A stretch of 27,195 nt of DNA from an uncultured Verrucomicrobiales bacterium (GTDB lineage: Bacteria; Verrucomicrobiota; Verrucomicrobiia; Verrucomicrobiales; DEV007): the NCBI GenBank assembly GCA_938091905.1, contig CALKOM010000065.1, positions 1-27,195 of the forward strand, read 5' to 3'. The position numbers and the translations under genes were made by a program. The notes beneath the pieces are model-generated. The model saw only the letters and a list, made by a program, of their open reading frames with translations. It ran no database searches and was not told the origin of the DNA. Positions 18,276 through 27,195 of this stretch are shown here, one piece after another. How positions within the stretch are numbered: position 1 is the stretch's first letter; the number at the start of each line of letters is the position of its first letter.

Positions 18276-18799
18276 GTGGCTGATTCCCCTCAAGATCCTG
18301 AACTCTTTGTTCGTCCAACGAAAGAGCCCTGAGAGCCTTCTTGTATACTTTGCTGCCGGGTACAATTGAGGTCGATGAAGTGATGCAAGAGATCAGCCTG
18401 GCACTCTGGAAGAAGTTCTCGCAATTCAATCCAGACACCGAGTTTCTCAAATGGGCCTATGTGGTTGCCCGGTACGAATTACTCATGTTCCGTCGCCGGA
18501 AAGCGCGGGATCGTCATATCTTCCACGAAGACCTATTGGAACTTCTCGCTGAAGAGTACACGGAGAAAGCGGAACCCTTGCAAGATGAACGCCACGCCTT
18601 GAGCAAATGCCTGACAGCACTCCCTGTCCCCGATCACAAACTCCTCATGACCTGCTACTCAAAGGACATGAAAATCAACGAAGTTGCTCACCGCCTTGGT
18701 CGCACGTCAACGAGTCTCTACAAGAAGCTCAATCGTCTGCGCGAGGCCCTTCTTCAGTGTATTGATAGAGCCACCAGATCACAACTCACCCAACCATGA
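18276..18799 (+). pseudogene. ECF sigma-70 factor (Planctomycete/Verrucomicrobia type), frameshifted near the 5' end
   Basis: GTG 18276 gives MADSPQDPELFVR then stops at 18330. Another frame from ~18314 reads SNERALRAFLYTLLP…DEVMQEISLALWKKFSQF…FLKWAYVVAR and region 4 EVAHRLGRTSTSLYKKLNRLR. Confidence 0.85.
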
Positions 18800-19419
18800 A
18801 GGATTTTCCCCACCAAGAGCTTCAAGGTTTACTGCAAGGTTGGTGCAACCACACCCTTACAGAAACAGGAACGGCGCGCCTCTAAGAACCCCTACTTCAG
18901 AATCGAAAAGCTCGAGTCCAATTCCGACGCGCTCGGAATCTCCACGCGGCTCTACACGAGTGTTGTGAAGGTGAAGCCACGTTGGATCTTGCCAGTCCAG
19001 CTCCCTCCTTCTCACCGATCGATTCGATGACGGCCATGCTCACTGACAGGTGCGCTCGAAGGGAAAGATCGATCTCGGGATCAAGCACTTGGGCGGACCT
19101 CGAGAACTCTACCTGACCCCGACTGCCCTCGGCTAATGCGACGTCGGTCGGTGGATCCATCTCGCCGTCGCTTACGATAGCAAGAATGGTGAAGTTAGGC
19201 AGGGCCTTGATGGCCAGTCTGATCGAAGCCAAACCTCTCCTCAGTCCGCGACATCGACTTCAGCTAGGCCCGTGCGAGATCGGCAACTGGAGTCCTACAG
19301 ATGTCCAACTCTCTTCACCGATTCGGAACTTTAATGGCCGGATTGATGAACTCGCGATACTCCAGGACGCACTCGACGCTCATGCGATCGAGGCGTTCTT
19401 CGAGCAAAGGCATCCCTAG
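18796..19419 (+). pseudogene. Anti-sigma factor (FecR/LamG-type) remnant with internal deletion
   Basis: ATGA overlap with the sigma gene; MKDFPHQELQGLLQGWCNHTLTETGTARL*EPLLQNRKAR…NLHAAL, then directly LamG fragments SSLLLTDRFDDGHAH*Q…GRWIHLAVAYDS…EIGNW…RNFNGRIDEL. Stops at 18883, 19044 and 19134; frame changes near 19000 and 19217. Confidence 0.82.
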
Positions 19420-19421
19420 AA

Positions 19422-22400
19422 CTACTTTGCCGTCACGCGGAGTCTGAGAAAGCGAGCCCCCTGACTGATAGCTTGAGCGTCACTAACCGTGACCTGTTCC
19501 AACATCGCTCCTTCAGGTGTGGTCGACTCCTGCCCATTCACGGTGGACCAGGCTTTGAGATCGACAGAGGCTTCGAGAACATAATGGGCATCTGCACCAG
19601 CACGGCGGCGGTAGCTAACCGTCGCCATATTGGAAGCCCGCCCCGCCTCCAATTGAACTGAACTCGCCGCCTTTGGATCCGTTCCGAAAGCGTACTCAGC
19701 CAAGTTGTTGAAGCCATCTTCATCAGGATCCGCGCTGAGCCCAGAAACGGCAGCATCGGCCTGTTCCGCTGCCGTAAACGTGCTCGCCAACCACGCTGTC
19801 AGGTCTTCACCTGGCTCCGGTGCAGCATAAACGCCGGGAGTGCCCCCACTAACAGACTGCCAATTTGTCGACTGATCAGCATAGATGTTGAGCTCAAGAC
19901 GCTCAATGGACACATTGCCCTTCGCTGCATCGGCGGGCCAAGGAGACTCATCGTCGTAGTCGACCTCCTCCGCGGTATAATAGCGTGTGTCAGGATCGCC
20001 ATTCTCATCGATCCTCACATAAGGACGCTGAAGACGAAGAGATTCTCCATTATTGTCGAGCCGCCCCGCGAAGGGGCCAAAGATACGCACACTCTCCGCC
20101 ACCCCATAGCCTGCACGAAACACAGTCGGATCCGATCCCACGACGAGAATCGTCTCTCCAGCCCCCAAAGTCGTTTCGGCAGGGAAATCAAAGTCAATGC
20201 CCGACAGCCGCCAGGTATCCGCGGCTTCGAAAAGCGGCACCTCCGCGCCACTCACATTTTGAAGTTCCACATACTCTCCACTGCCCGTCGACGGCTCATA
20301 CATGATCTCGGTGATGACCACCGGTCCAATCGCGGGCCCCGCATTGGCCGAACCAAGACTTGGTTGCGATTGGATCACATCATGAATCGCTTGATCTGTA
20401 TTTTCAAAACGGCCAACCGTCGCCCCGACGTCTGTATCGCCGAAACCGAAGCCATCTTGATAACCCGTAAGTTCTCCGGCTGCCGTGGCCGAGAAGACGT
20501 AAGCACCATCACCAGTCGAACTAAGACCGAATGCATTGCCAAAGAACTCAGCCGGAAGGTCCGAGTTATTGTCGGGATCGTTGTCATTGTCCTGACGGAA
20601 GACGACATAGCCTCCAGCAGGAAGAACCGTTCCTGCTGGAATTGAGAACTTCTGAGGCTGGTTTGTGCTGTCCGACAACCACCACCCACTGATGTCAACC
20701 TCACTAGCACTGGCGTTGTAGAGCTCAATGGCATCGCTGGCCTCCACACCCGAGTTTGCCAAGATCTCGTTCACAACGACGGCAGGAGGTGTCGCACCGA
20801 CGCTGCCTGGAGAGCCTCCGCGGGTCGACGTATCAACAGTCCACTGGCTAGGATCGGAAAGATCCGTCCCGGCCTTAGCAGAACTCAACGCTAGCGAGAA
20901 ACCAAACTGATCTGGCGTCTCGGGCCATGGAGCCCTGTCATTGTAGGCAAACTCATGCAGCAGTTCTTCGCCCCTCTGTAACGTGAGTTTCTCGCCAGCA
21001 TTGCTCAGTTGCCCCACGAATTCACCCGCGATCGGCGTATCCGCCCCATAGCGCGCGGCAAAGGCCTGGTCATCTGAGACGATCACCAGTCGCTCCCCTG
21101 GTGCGAGCATTTGCTGGTTCGATTCTTGGAAATTGAAGGTGATCCCATCGGTAAAGGCCACGCCCTCGAGAGAAACAGGGGTGTCGCTAACGTTTGTCAA
21201 CTCGATGAATTCAAAGAGGTCTTCATGAAAGAACCCAACCGCTTCTTCCGAAATTTGACCGTCCCGAGGATGGTACATGATCTCGGTGACGAGCAGATTC
21301 TCGGAAGTTGCCAGCTCGCCATCGACTACGATGGCCGTCTTAATCGGCCCCGACCACTGATCGTCACGCTTGGCGCGCATGATGATGTTCACACTCTCGG
21401 CAGGAGTAATGTTCTTTCCAGCCATGATCGCCGTGGGACTGACCTCGCCACCAGGGAGCCGTGGATCGCTCCCATCTATAGTGTACCAAGCTTCCTGTGG
21501 CGAGAACAGAGTACCACCATCCCTCACAACAACACTTGCACCAGAAGCGATATTACCTGGATTTTCGATCGAAGGCTGAGTCACAAATTGGTCGTCCATC
21601 CAATCGACCCTAGCACTGAGCCACCCCTTCAGGTGCACGACCTCGCCTTCCCAGGTATCGTCTCCACCATTGTACTCGACACCCGAACGATCCCCAGGAG
21701 GCCGGGTACTGCTCCAGCGTTCGAAATTCCGCACCTGACCTTCACGAATCTCCGCAGCCATCGAGTCGATGATGCTGTGCATATTCTCTTCACTCCAAAC
21801 CGTACGCCGCAACTCGTGATAGCGATTGATCCATTCCTGCCAGAACTCTGGCATCTTGGCTTCGCCCCCCTTTCGGTTCACCCCGGTGCCCAAGAGATTC
21901 TTCCACATTCCCTGGGTTGCAAAGTAGCTCACCCAAGCCTTGGGATCCCGGGCTCTTGTGTCGGAGTCACAGCCCATTGTTCTATCAAAGTCCCAGATCG
22001 GACCATAGAAGAGCTTTCCATTGATTGGCTGATAAAGATAAGTGCTCAAACGCAAACCATCGGGATCGCGTGTGAGAGTTCGTGCCAAATACTCATCAAT
22101 CCAGGATCCCGTGTCTATGAAAGCGCGATAACCCGTCTTCGGATTCTCTGGATCGTCGCCCGTCATTGCATCGATGGCGTCATTCATGTAGCCCCTCAAT
22201 CCACTATTCTGCTGATTCGTCACGGCGCTTCCCTGAGGCTCCACCCAAACAAAGGTGTCACCGCCAGCAGAGAACGATTTATCGCCGCCAGCACCACTTG
22301 TCCGGTCTACCTTCACAATGTAACCACCGTCATCTCCGGTATCAGCTTCCTCGATCTGCACCCGATCATCGGAAATCTTGATCTTCTCCATGAATGTATA

Positions 22401-23657
22401 AACACCGAAATAATCACCCTCGTCTAAGTCATCGCCATCGATGTTCATGTAGACTTCAACGAATCGCGTCCGCGGTGCCCAACGCCCCATTTGGCGAAAC
22501 ATCTCATACATAAAGGGATTCCGCATGAGCGCGCGATCAAACTGCATCCGGCCGCTCAGCACCCAGTCAGAATCCGCAGGTAAACCGAGTGGGTTGATAT
22601 CTTTATCAGCCCAGTTCGCGTCATCAAACCAGGCCTCAAGGGCGAGAGAACGTTTGGCGTTGCCAGCAGTACTGGATCCACGTGTGCGCATGCCAGCGCG
22701 TGTGTGCATGGCGGCTGCTTGGGCAATGCTCGTGCGTTTCTCACCGCCCTCAGCAGTAGCTTGAGGCTCGAGAATCATCCACGACGTGGGAATGTAACGC
22801 GTCTTGGTTGGCAAGCGTTCCCCGTCATTATCAAGAACAATGACAGGAAGATTGGAACTCCAATCCTTCAATTCATCGGTCACTTTGATATAGGTTGCCG
22901 TCTCAACCTCGCTCGGCAACTTGCCGTCTTCGAAAACACGTGCGCGAATCTGAGTAGTAGATTCAATCGTAATAGGCCCTTCATAACGCTTTGGTGGTGT
23001 GAAGAGCGAGACTTCAGGGACAGTACGGTTCGTGGTGTAGCCGATGTAGGCACCCTCGGGAAGATTCGGAGCTGATAGCTCCACCGTAATTGGATCCGTG
23101 AAGGTCTGGCTCTTCGTCTCAAACTTAACACCAGTGCTAGGCACTCCAAGCGTTCTACTGTTGGCCTCACCCAACGTTGGGCGGGTCATGTAGCCATCAT
23201 GACCATAGGAGACTTGATCGAACATCTTAGGCAGAGGATCAAACGCATCGATCACTTCACCTTGAGGATCCACCAACGCAAGGTACTCCCCGCGGCGGTT
23301 AAGCGTAAAATTCGTGTGCGGAGTACTGACGAAGAGCCCTGTCTTATTCTTTCCCGATGCATAGATCAGGAGATACTCGCCCGCTTCGATCTTCTGATTA
23401 CTAGAAAAGCTCCACTTTTTGAGATTGTTCTCGTTGTCCGTCATCGTATAGCCAGCCAACGAGAGTGACTCCGCTCCGGCGTTGTGAATCTCGATGATGT
23501 CAGAAACGTCACCATCTTCGTCTTGAAACTCTTCCGGTTCGTTGCCACGATCGTCAGCGACGGCGATCGCAATCACTTCTGAAATAGTAAGTTGGGCCTG
23601 AGATGATAGGAGAAGACCAGCGAAGAAGGTTAAGTGTAGGGGTATGAGATAGCGCAT
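19422..23657 (-). CDS. Secreted CotH-family kinase with multiple lamin-tail domains and FN3-associated domains
   Basis: Signal peptide MRYLIPLHLTFFAGLLLSSQA; four LTD-like starts (ISEV, VTEIMYHP, VNEILA, ITEIMYEP); CotH motifs RGSST…KRS, DWVL…DRALMRN, YFGVYTFMEKIK, GPIWDFD; YTIDGSDP; C-terminal DPDEDGFNNLAEYAFGTDP…RFLRLRV. Confidence 0.92.
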   Translation of the reverse strand: MRYLIPLHLTFFAGLLLSSQAQLTISEVIAIAVADDRGNEPEEFQDEDGDVSDIIEIHNAGAESLSLAGYTMTDNENNLKKWSFSSNQKIEAGEYLLIYASGKNKTGLFVSTPHTNFTLNRRGEYLALVDPQGEVIDAFDPLPKMFDQVSYGHDGYMTRPTLGEANSRTLGVPSTGVKFETKSQTFTDPITVELSAPNLPEGAYIGYTTNRTVPEVSLFTPPKRYEGPITIESTTQIRARVFEDGKLPSEVETATYIKVTDELKDWSSNLPVIVLDNDGERLPTKTRYIPTSWMILEPQATAEGGEKRTSIAQAAAMHTRAGMRTRGSSTAGNAKRSLALEAWFDDANWADKDINPLGLPADSDWVLSGRMQFDRALMRNPFMYEMFRQMGRWAPRTRFVEVYMNIDGDDLDEGDYFGVYTFMEKIKISDDRVQIEEADTGDDGGYIVKVDRTSGAGGDKSFSAGGDTFVWVEPQGSAVTNQQNSGLRGYMNDAIDAMTGDDPENPKTGYRAFIDTGSWIDEYLARTLTRDPDGLRLSTYLYQPINGKLFYGPIWDFDRTMGCDSDTRARDPKAWVSYFATQGMWKNLLGTGVNRKGGEAKMPEFWQEWINRYHELRRTVWSEENMHSIIDSMAAEIREGQVRNFERWSSTRPPGDRSGVEYNGGDDTWEGEVVHLKGWLSARVDWMDDQFVTQPSIENPGNIASGASVVVRDGGTLFSPQEAWYTIDGSDPRLPGGEVSPTAIMAGKNITPAESVNIIMRAKRDDQWSGPIKTAIVVDGELATSENLLVTEIMYHPRDGQISEEAVGFFHEDLFEFIELTNVSDTPVSLEGVAFTDGITFNFQESNQQMLAPGERLVIVSDDQAFAARYGADTPIAGEFVGQLSNAGEKLTLQRGEELLHEFAYNDRAPWPETPDQFGFSLALSSAKAGTDLSDPSQWTVDTSTRGGSPGSVGATPPAVVVNEILANSGVEASDAIELYNASASEVDISGWWLSDSTNQPQKFSIPAGTVLPAGGYVVFRQDNDNDPDNNSDLPAEFFGNAFGLSSTGDGAYVFSATAAGELTGYQDGFGFGDTDVGATVGRFENTDQAIHDVIQSQPSLGSANAGPAIGPVVITEIMYEPSTGSGEYVELQNVSGAEVPLFEAADTWRLSGIDFDFPAETTLGAGETILVVGSDPTVFRAGYGVAESVRIFGPFAGRLDNNGESLRLQRPYVRIDENGDPDTRYYTAEEVDYDDESPWPADAAKGNVSIERLELNIYADQSTNWQSVSGGTPGVYAAPEPGEDLTAWLASTFTAAEQADAAVSGLSADPDEDGFNNLAEYAFGTDPKAASSVQLEAGRASNMATVSYRRRAGADAHYVLEASVDLKAWSTVNGQESTTPEGAMLEQVTVSDAQAISQGARFLRLRVTAK

Positions 23658-23812
23658 GTTCAAGGGGTTCAGTTTGACGGCACCATACAGTTTGCGACAG
23701 GAAGGTGGGGATTGCCCACTTAAAAAAGAGCCGATTCTTAGGCTGGGATTATGGTTGCCAAGCGTTGCATATCAGCTTATTCCCACGGCTCGAAACTGAC
23801 CCAAATGCATGC

Positions 23813-25837
23813 ATGAGTGACTCTGGCCCCATCGATCTTGCCGACCTACAGCTCAAGCCTCAGTGGATTGACGACTTGGACAAGCCCAACCCCTTTGCTG
23901 CTTTCGAGGGCAAGGATGCTAGGGACGATCGCAAACCACGTCGTGATGGACGTGGCGGCGGCGGCGGAAACCGTGGTCCTCGCGGACCTGGAGGCGGCGG
24001 CCAAGGCCAGCAACGAGGGAATCGTCCACCCCGGCCTCAAGGAGATCGACGCCAAGGAGGTGGCGGAAACAAGCCACAGGGAGATCGACGCCAAGGAGGT
24101 GGCGGAAATAGGCCACAGGGAGATCGACGCCAAGGAGGTGGCGATCACGGTCCGCGTCGCGGTGGCCAAGGCAGGGGTCCTGGTCAAGGACAACGCCACG
24201 ATCGACAACAACGACCCGACCGGCCGCCTCTCTACGAACTGGTCGACATCGAACTCATTCCTGATCAAGCCGGGGTCGAAGCCGTGGCGAAGCAGATCAA
24301 GATGACAGGCCGTTCCTACCCGATCTTTGACCTGGCACGACTCAGTCTTGGCGGCCCAGAACGCTACCACGCGAAATTCATTCTCAAACCAGAGACGACC
24401 CAAGTTCAGCTCGTCGAATGTAGCCTGGACCGTTCGCTATGGCTGTCCATGGGAGAAGCCGTCAGGCACTTCTCGAACACAACGCTCTTCTCACAGTACT
24501 ACAAGAAGCAGGAGATCGAGGTAGAACCACCTAAAGGCAACTTCACCGTCATTGCTGTTTGTGGACTTTCCGGCGCCTTGCTAGGGCCTCCCAACTTCCA
24601 CTCCTATCAGAAGAACCTGATGGACTTGCATCAGCGCAAGTTTAGCCGGATGCACATCGACGGTTACAAACGCAAGATCCAGATGGTGCGTGACGAAGAA
24701 ACCATCGAGAAGTGGAAGAACTCGCTCACCAAGTCCACCCAATACGTTTACATCAAAGGACTGACGGAGGAAGCACCAAAGAAGGAGGAAGTCTCTCCAA
24801 AGACGGAAGATGCGCCAAAGAGCGAAGAAGAAGCACCGGACGCTGATGCAGAGGGAACTCCCGTAGCCGACGAAGCCGCACCGGCCGAGGTCGCAGAAGA
24901 AACAGAAACAACGACTCCGGCTGCCGATGACGAAGCAGCGACGCCTTCAGCAAAGAGGCCAGAATCAGAAGAGGCTTCTCCGGCTGAAGAAGGAGTGCCT
25001 GCTGCGGAAGAAACTCCGAAAGCTAACTTTGAGATCCCTGCGGATGCGTTGGTATTTAAGTCAAAAGCCGAGGCGGAGAAACACTTCCTCGAGACCCACG
25101 GGAAGGAAACCTTCGCAAGTGTGAAGACGTCCACAGTTCCTGGCACTATTCCTGCCAAGTTGGTGTCAGGGGCGCTCCATAACATGCTGACTAGAAACGC
25201 TGAGCGACAGCAGCGGTTGCCCATGCCCATGGTAAGGAACCTTAGCCCGGTGTTAGAGAAGGCGGGATTGCGGTTTTTCAAACTAGGCAAGAAAGAAATC
25301 TATGTGGCGCGCTCCCGACCACGGCCATTGAGCGCAAAACTCGATGTATCGCCACGTATTCGATCCATTGTCCAATACATCCGCGACAATGAGAAGCAGG
25401 ATTTGAACAAGTTAGTTACGGCACTAGTACCCAACGCCGCAGCCCGCGAAGGAACCGAGCCGACTCCTGAAGAGATCGAGTTTCTCAAAGACCTGCGTTG
25501 GCTTATTCGGGAAGGCTACGTCATTGAGTTCAGCAGTGGCGAACTCCGCTTGGGCTCACTAAAGTCTCCTCTTCCTCCCGCGAAGAAAGGCGCGAATCCT
25601 CAAGGCTACGCGAAGTCCAATCCCAAGCCGAAGAAGAAGCCGCGCAAACGTTCTCCCCGCAAACGTGCTCGCAAACGCACCAAGTCTCCAGCACAGCGTC
25701 TGCGGACTCGCATTGCTACACTTAAGCTCAAGCGACGAAAGGCACGACGCGCAGAAACAGCGTCCGCCGCCGCGCCGGTTCGTCGCCGCGCCCGCGCCGC
25801 GACACGGGGACTGCGCGCGAAACGCGTCCAAGCGTGA
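23813..25837 (+). CDS. Hypothetical protein with RG-rich N-terminus, two globular-looking segments, acidic linker and very basic C-terminal tail
   Basis: Long ORF filling the gap and coupled to the next gene by a GTGA overlap. ATG 23813 (MSDSGPIDLADLQLKPQW) preferred over GTG 23705. Confidence 0.85.
   Translation: MSDSGPIDLADLQLKPQWIDDLDKPNPFAAFEGKDARDDRKPRRDGRGGGGGNRGPRGPGGGGQGQQRGNRPPRPQGDRRQGGGGNKPQGDRRQGGGGNRPQGDRRQGGGDHGPRRGGQGRGPGQGQRHDRQQRPDRPPLYELVDIELIPDQAGVEAVAKQIKMTGRSYPIFDLARLSLGGPERYHAKFILKPETTQVQLVECSLDRSLWLSMGEAVRHFSNTTLFSQYYKKQEIEVEPPKGNFTVIAVCGLSGALLGPPNFHSYQKNLMDLHQRKFSRMHIDGYKRKIQMVRDEETIEKWKNSLTKSTQYVYIKGLTEEAPKKEEVSPKTEDAPKSEEEAPDADAEGTPVADEAAPAEVAEETETTTPAADDEAATPSAKRPESEEASPAEEGVPAAEETPKANFEIPADALVFKSKAEAEKHFLETHGKETFASVKTSTVPGTIPAKLVSGALHNMLTRNAERQQRLPMPMVRNLSPVLEKAGLRFFKLGKKEIYVARSRPRPLSAKLDVSPRIRSIVQYIRDNEKQDLNKLVTALVPNAAAREGTEPTPEEIEFLKDLRWLIREGYVIEFSSGELRLGSLKSPLPPAKKGANPQGYAKSNPKPKKKPRKRSPRKRARKRTKSPAQRLRTRIATLKLKRRKARRAETASAAAPVRRRARAATRGLRAKRVQA
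24035..24143 (+). repeat. 39-bp coding tandem repeat, ~2.8 copies (PQGDRRQGGGGN[K/R])
   Basis: Units start at 24035, 24074 and 24113 and share the identical core GGAGATCGACGCCAAGGAGGTGGCG. Confidence 0.95.
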
Positions 25838-26904
25838 CCCCAGCCTCTCCCAGAGAACAGGGCTTTCGTATGCCCGCAGAATGGGAACGGCAAGAGGCCA
25901 TCTGGCTATCGTGGCCTTCACATCCAGAGTCCTGGCCTAACAAAGCCGCTACCATAGAGCGGCAATTCGCCGAGATCGCAGCGGCGATCAGCCGACACCA
26001 AGCCGTTCGGATCAACGCTACCGCTGAGGCTCACAGTCGGATCGAACAAGCCCTCAAAGCAGCCAACGCAGAAATGGATCGTGTGCAGCTCTACGTGCAT
26101 CCCAATAATGACGTCTGGTGCCGCGACCACGGGCCGATCTTCGTGAAACACCGCGAGAACGGCAGCTTGGCTATCACAGATTGGGGCTTCAACGGTTGGG
26201 GTGGCAAGTTTGAACCCTACGATCTCGACAACGCCATCCCCACACGAATAGCCGAAACGTTAGAACTTCCGCTTTTCGAAAGCGGCATGATTCTGGAAGG
26301 CGGGTCCATTGAAGTAAACAGTCGTGGTCAGCTTCTCACCACAGAAGCCGTTCTGCTCAATCCCAACCGCAATCCCGATCTAGGGCGAGAAGAGATCGAA
26401 GTACGCCTCAAGGATTCCTTAGGTATTGTCGAGATCGTTTGGTTAGGTCAAGGCATTGAAGGAGACGATACCGATGGTCACATCGATGACGTCGCGCGGT
26501 TCATCGATGACACGACCATTGTCCTTTCCTGGGAACGCGACAATAAGAGCCTGAATCACCGCATACTACATGAGAATCGTGAGCGCCTTCAGGACATGCG
26601 AACGCCAGAAGGCTCCAAACTCGAGATTATCGAAATCCCCCTCCCCAAAGCTTGCGAATTGCCAGGTTGGCGGTTGCCAGTCTTGCCCGCAAGTTACGTA
26701 AATTTCCTCATTCTAAATACCGCCGTTCTCGTGCCCACCTTCAATCAGAAACGCGGCGACATGGAAGGCTGTGGTATCTTGGGCGAACTCTTTCCTGACC
26801 GAGAAATCGTACCTATCCCCTGCCTGGATATCGTCGAAGAGGGTGGTGCCTTGCACTGCATCTCCCAACAACAGCCAGCGGCCGGTACGATCAAAAAATA
26901 CTAG
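25834..26904 (+). CDS. aguA: Agmatine deiminase (PAD_porph family)
   Basis: RMPAEWE, WCRDHGP, FNGWG, LEGGSI, DDTDGHIDD, ASYVNF, GGALHCISQQQP (catalytic Cys). Confidence 0.92.
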   Translation: MTPASPREQGFRMPAEWERQEAIWLSWPSHPESWPNKAATIERQFAEIAAAISRHQAVRINATAEAHSRIEQALKAANAEMDRVQLYVHPNNDVWCRDHGPIFVKHRENGSLAITDWGFNGWGGKFEPYDLDNAIPTRIAETLELPLFESGMILEGGSIEVNSRGQLLTTEAVLLNPNRNPDLGREEIEVRLKDSLGIVEIVWLGQGIEGDDTDGHIDDVARFIDDTTIVLSWERDNKSLNHRILHENRERLQDMRTPEGSKLEIIEIPLPKACELPGWRLPVLPASYVNFLILNTAVLVPTFNQKRGDMEGCGILGELFPDREIVPIPCLDIVEEGGALHCISQQQPAAGTIKKY

Positions 26905-27195
26905 GGTGTGTTTGATAACGGTTTCGCCTTGCTGTTTTTAAGATAGATGGTAGGGTTGTGGCACCAGCATACATATTATGACTCAGATCAACGAACACGC
27001 CAAGGCGGAGGCTCAAGCCAAACGCTTAAAAAAATTGATCTGATTCCCAAGGAGAAAAACTAACAGAAGTCGATAAAGGTGGCAGGCCACCGATGGATCC
27101 TGAGCTTGTTCTCAGAGCAATCCTCTTCCGATTGAGGCAGGGATGCTCCTGGCGCTGCTTGGACATTTTCGGGAATTGGGAGACGATTTATGGCC
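26905..27195 (+). mobile_element. Left end of an IS5-family insertion sequence (transposase N-terminus apparently frameshifted; truncated by the window)
   Basis: CTAG (26901-26904) followed by IR-like GGTGTGTTTGATAAC; frame from 27075 reads KGGRPPMDPELVLRAILFRLRQGCSWRCLDIFGNWETIYG, matching the IS5 N-terminal (DUF4096-like) pattern. Confidence 0.82.

Noticed and set aside
17029..19419. Stop-codon reassignment or readthrough to explain in-frame stops
   Set aside because: All three stop types occur together with frameshifts and deletions, and flanking genes use the standard code; decay is simpler.
21111..22427. 438-aa plus-strand ORF (also 6795..7379, 5845..6603, 8249..8941)
   Set aside because: Lie wholly or almost wholly over well-supported genes and have no recognisable motifs.
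23755..23783. TTGCCA-N17-TATTCC as a sigma70 promoter for the 23813 gene
   Set aside because: The -10 match is too weak to support without TSS data.
24035..24143. 39-bp repeat as a mini-CRISPR
   Set aside because: Head-to-tail, in frame, no unique spacers, no cas genes.

Overview
Bacterial chromosomal window, most likely Verrucomicrobiota (inferred from the gene types and C-terminal domains). Left to right: (1) a giant secreted FG-GAP/integrin-alpha-like repeat protein on the minus strand that runs off the left edge and is missing from the ORF track; (2) an orphan cytochrome P450 resembling the CYP236 sugar O-demethylases; (3) a tolQ-tolR-tolA-tolB operon that continues not into pal but into a TIGR03663-like GT-C membrane glycosyltransferase and a signal-less ApbE flavin transferase; (4) a lipoprotein alpha/beta hydrolase, a SAM methyltransferase and a Cys-cluster (DUF3109-like) protein; (5) a secreted purple-acid-phosphatase-like enzyme with nested domain insertions; (6) a ~2.4 kb decayed island with Kelch, LamG, ECF sigma and anti-sigma pseudogenes and two deletion scars; (7) a 1411-aa secreted CotH kinase/lamin-tail protein; (8) an RG-rich/acidic/basic low-complexity protein translationally coupled to an agmatine deiminase; (9) the left end of an IS5-family element inserted at the deiminase stop codon. 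No rRNA, tRNA or CRISPR array was seen. All family calls come from manual motif reading, not database searches.
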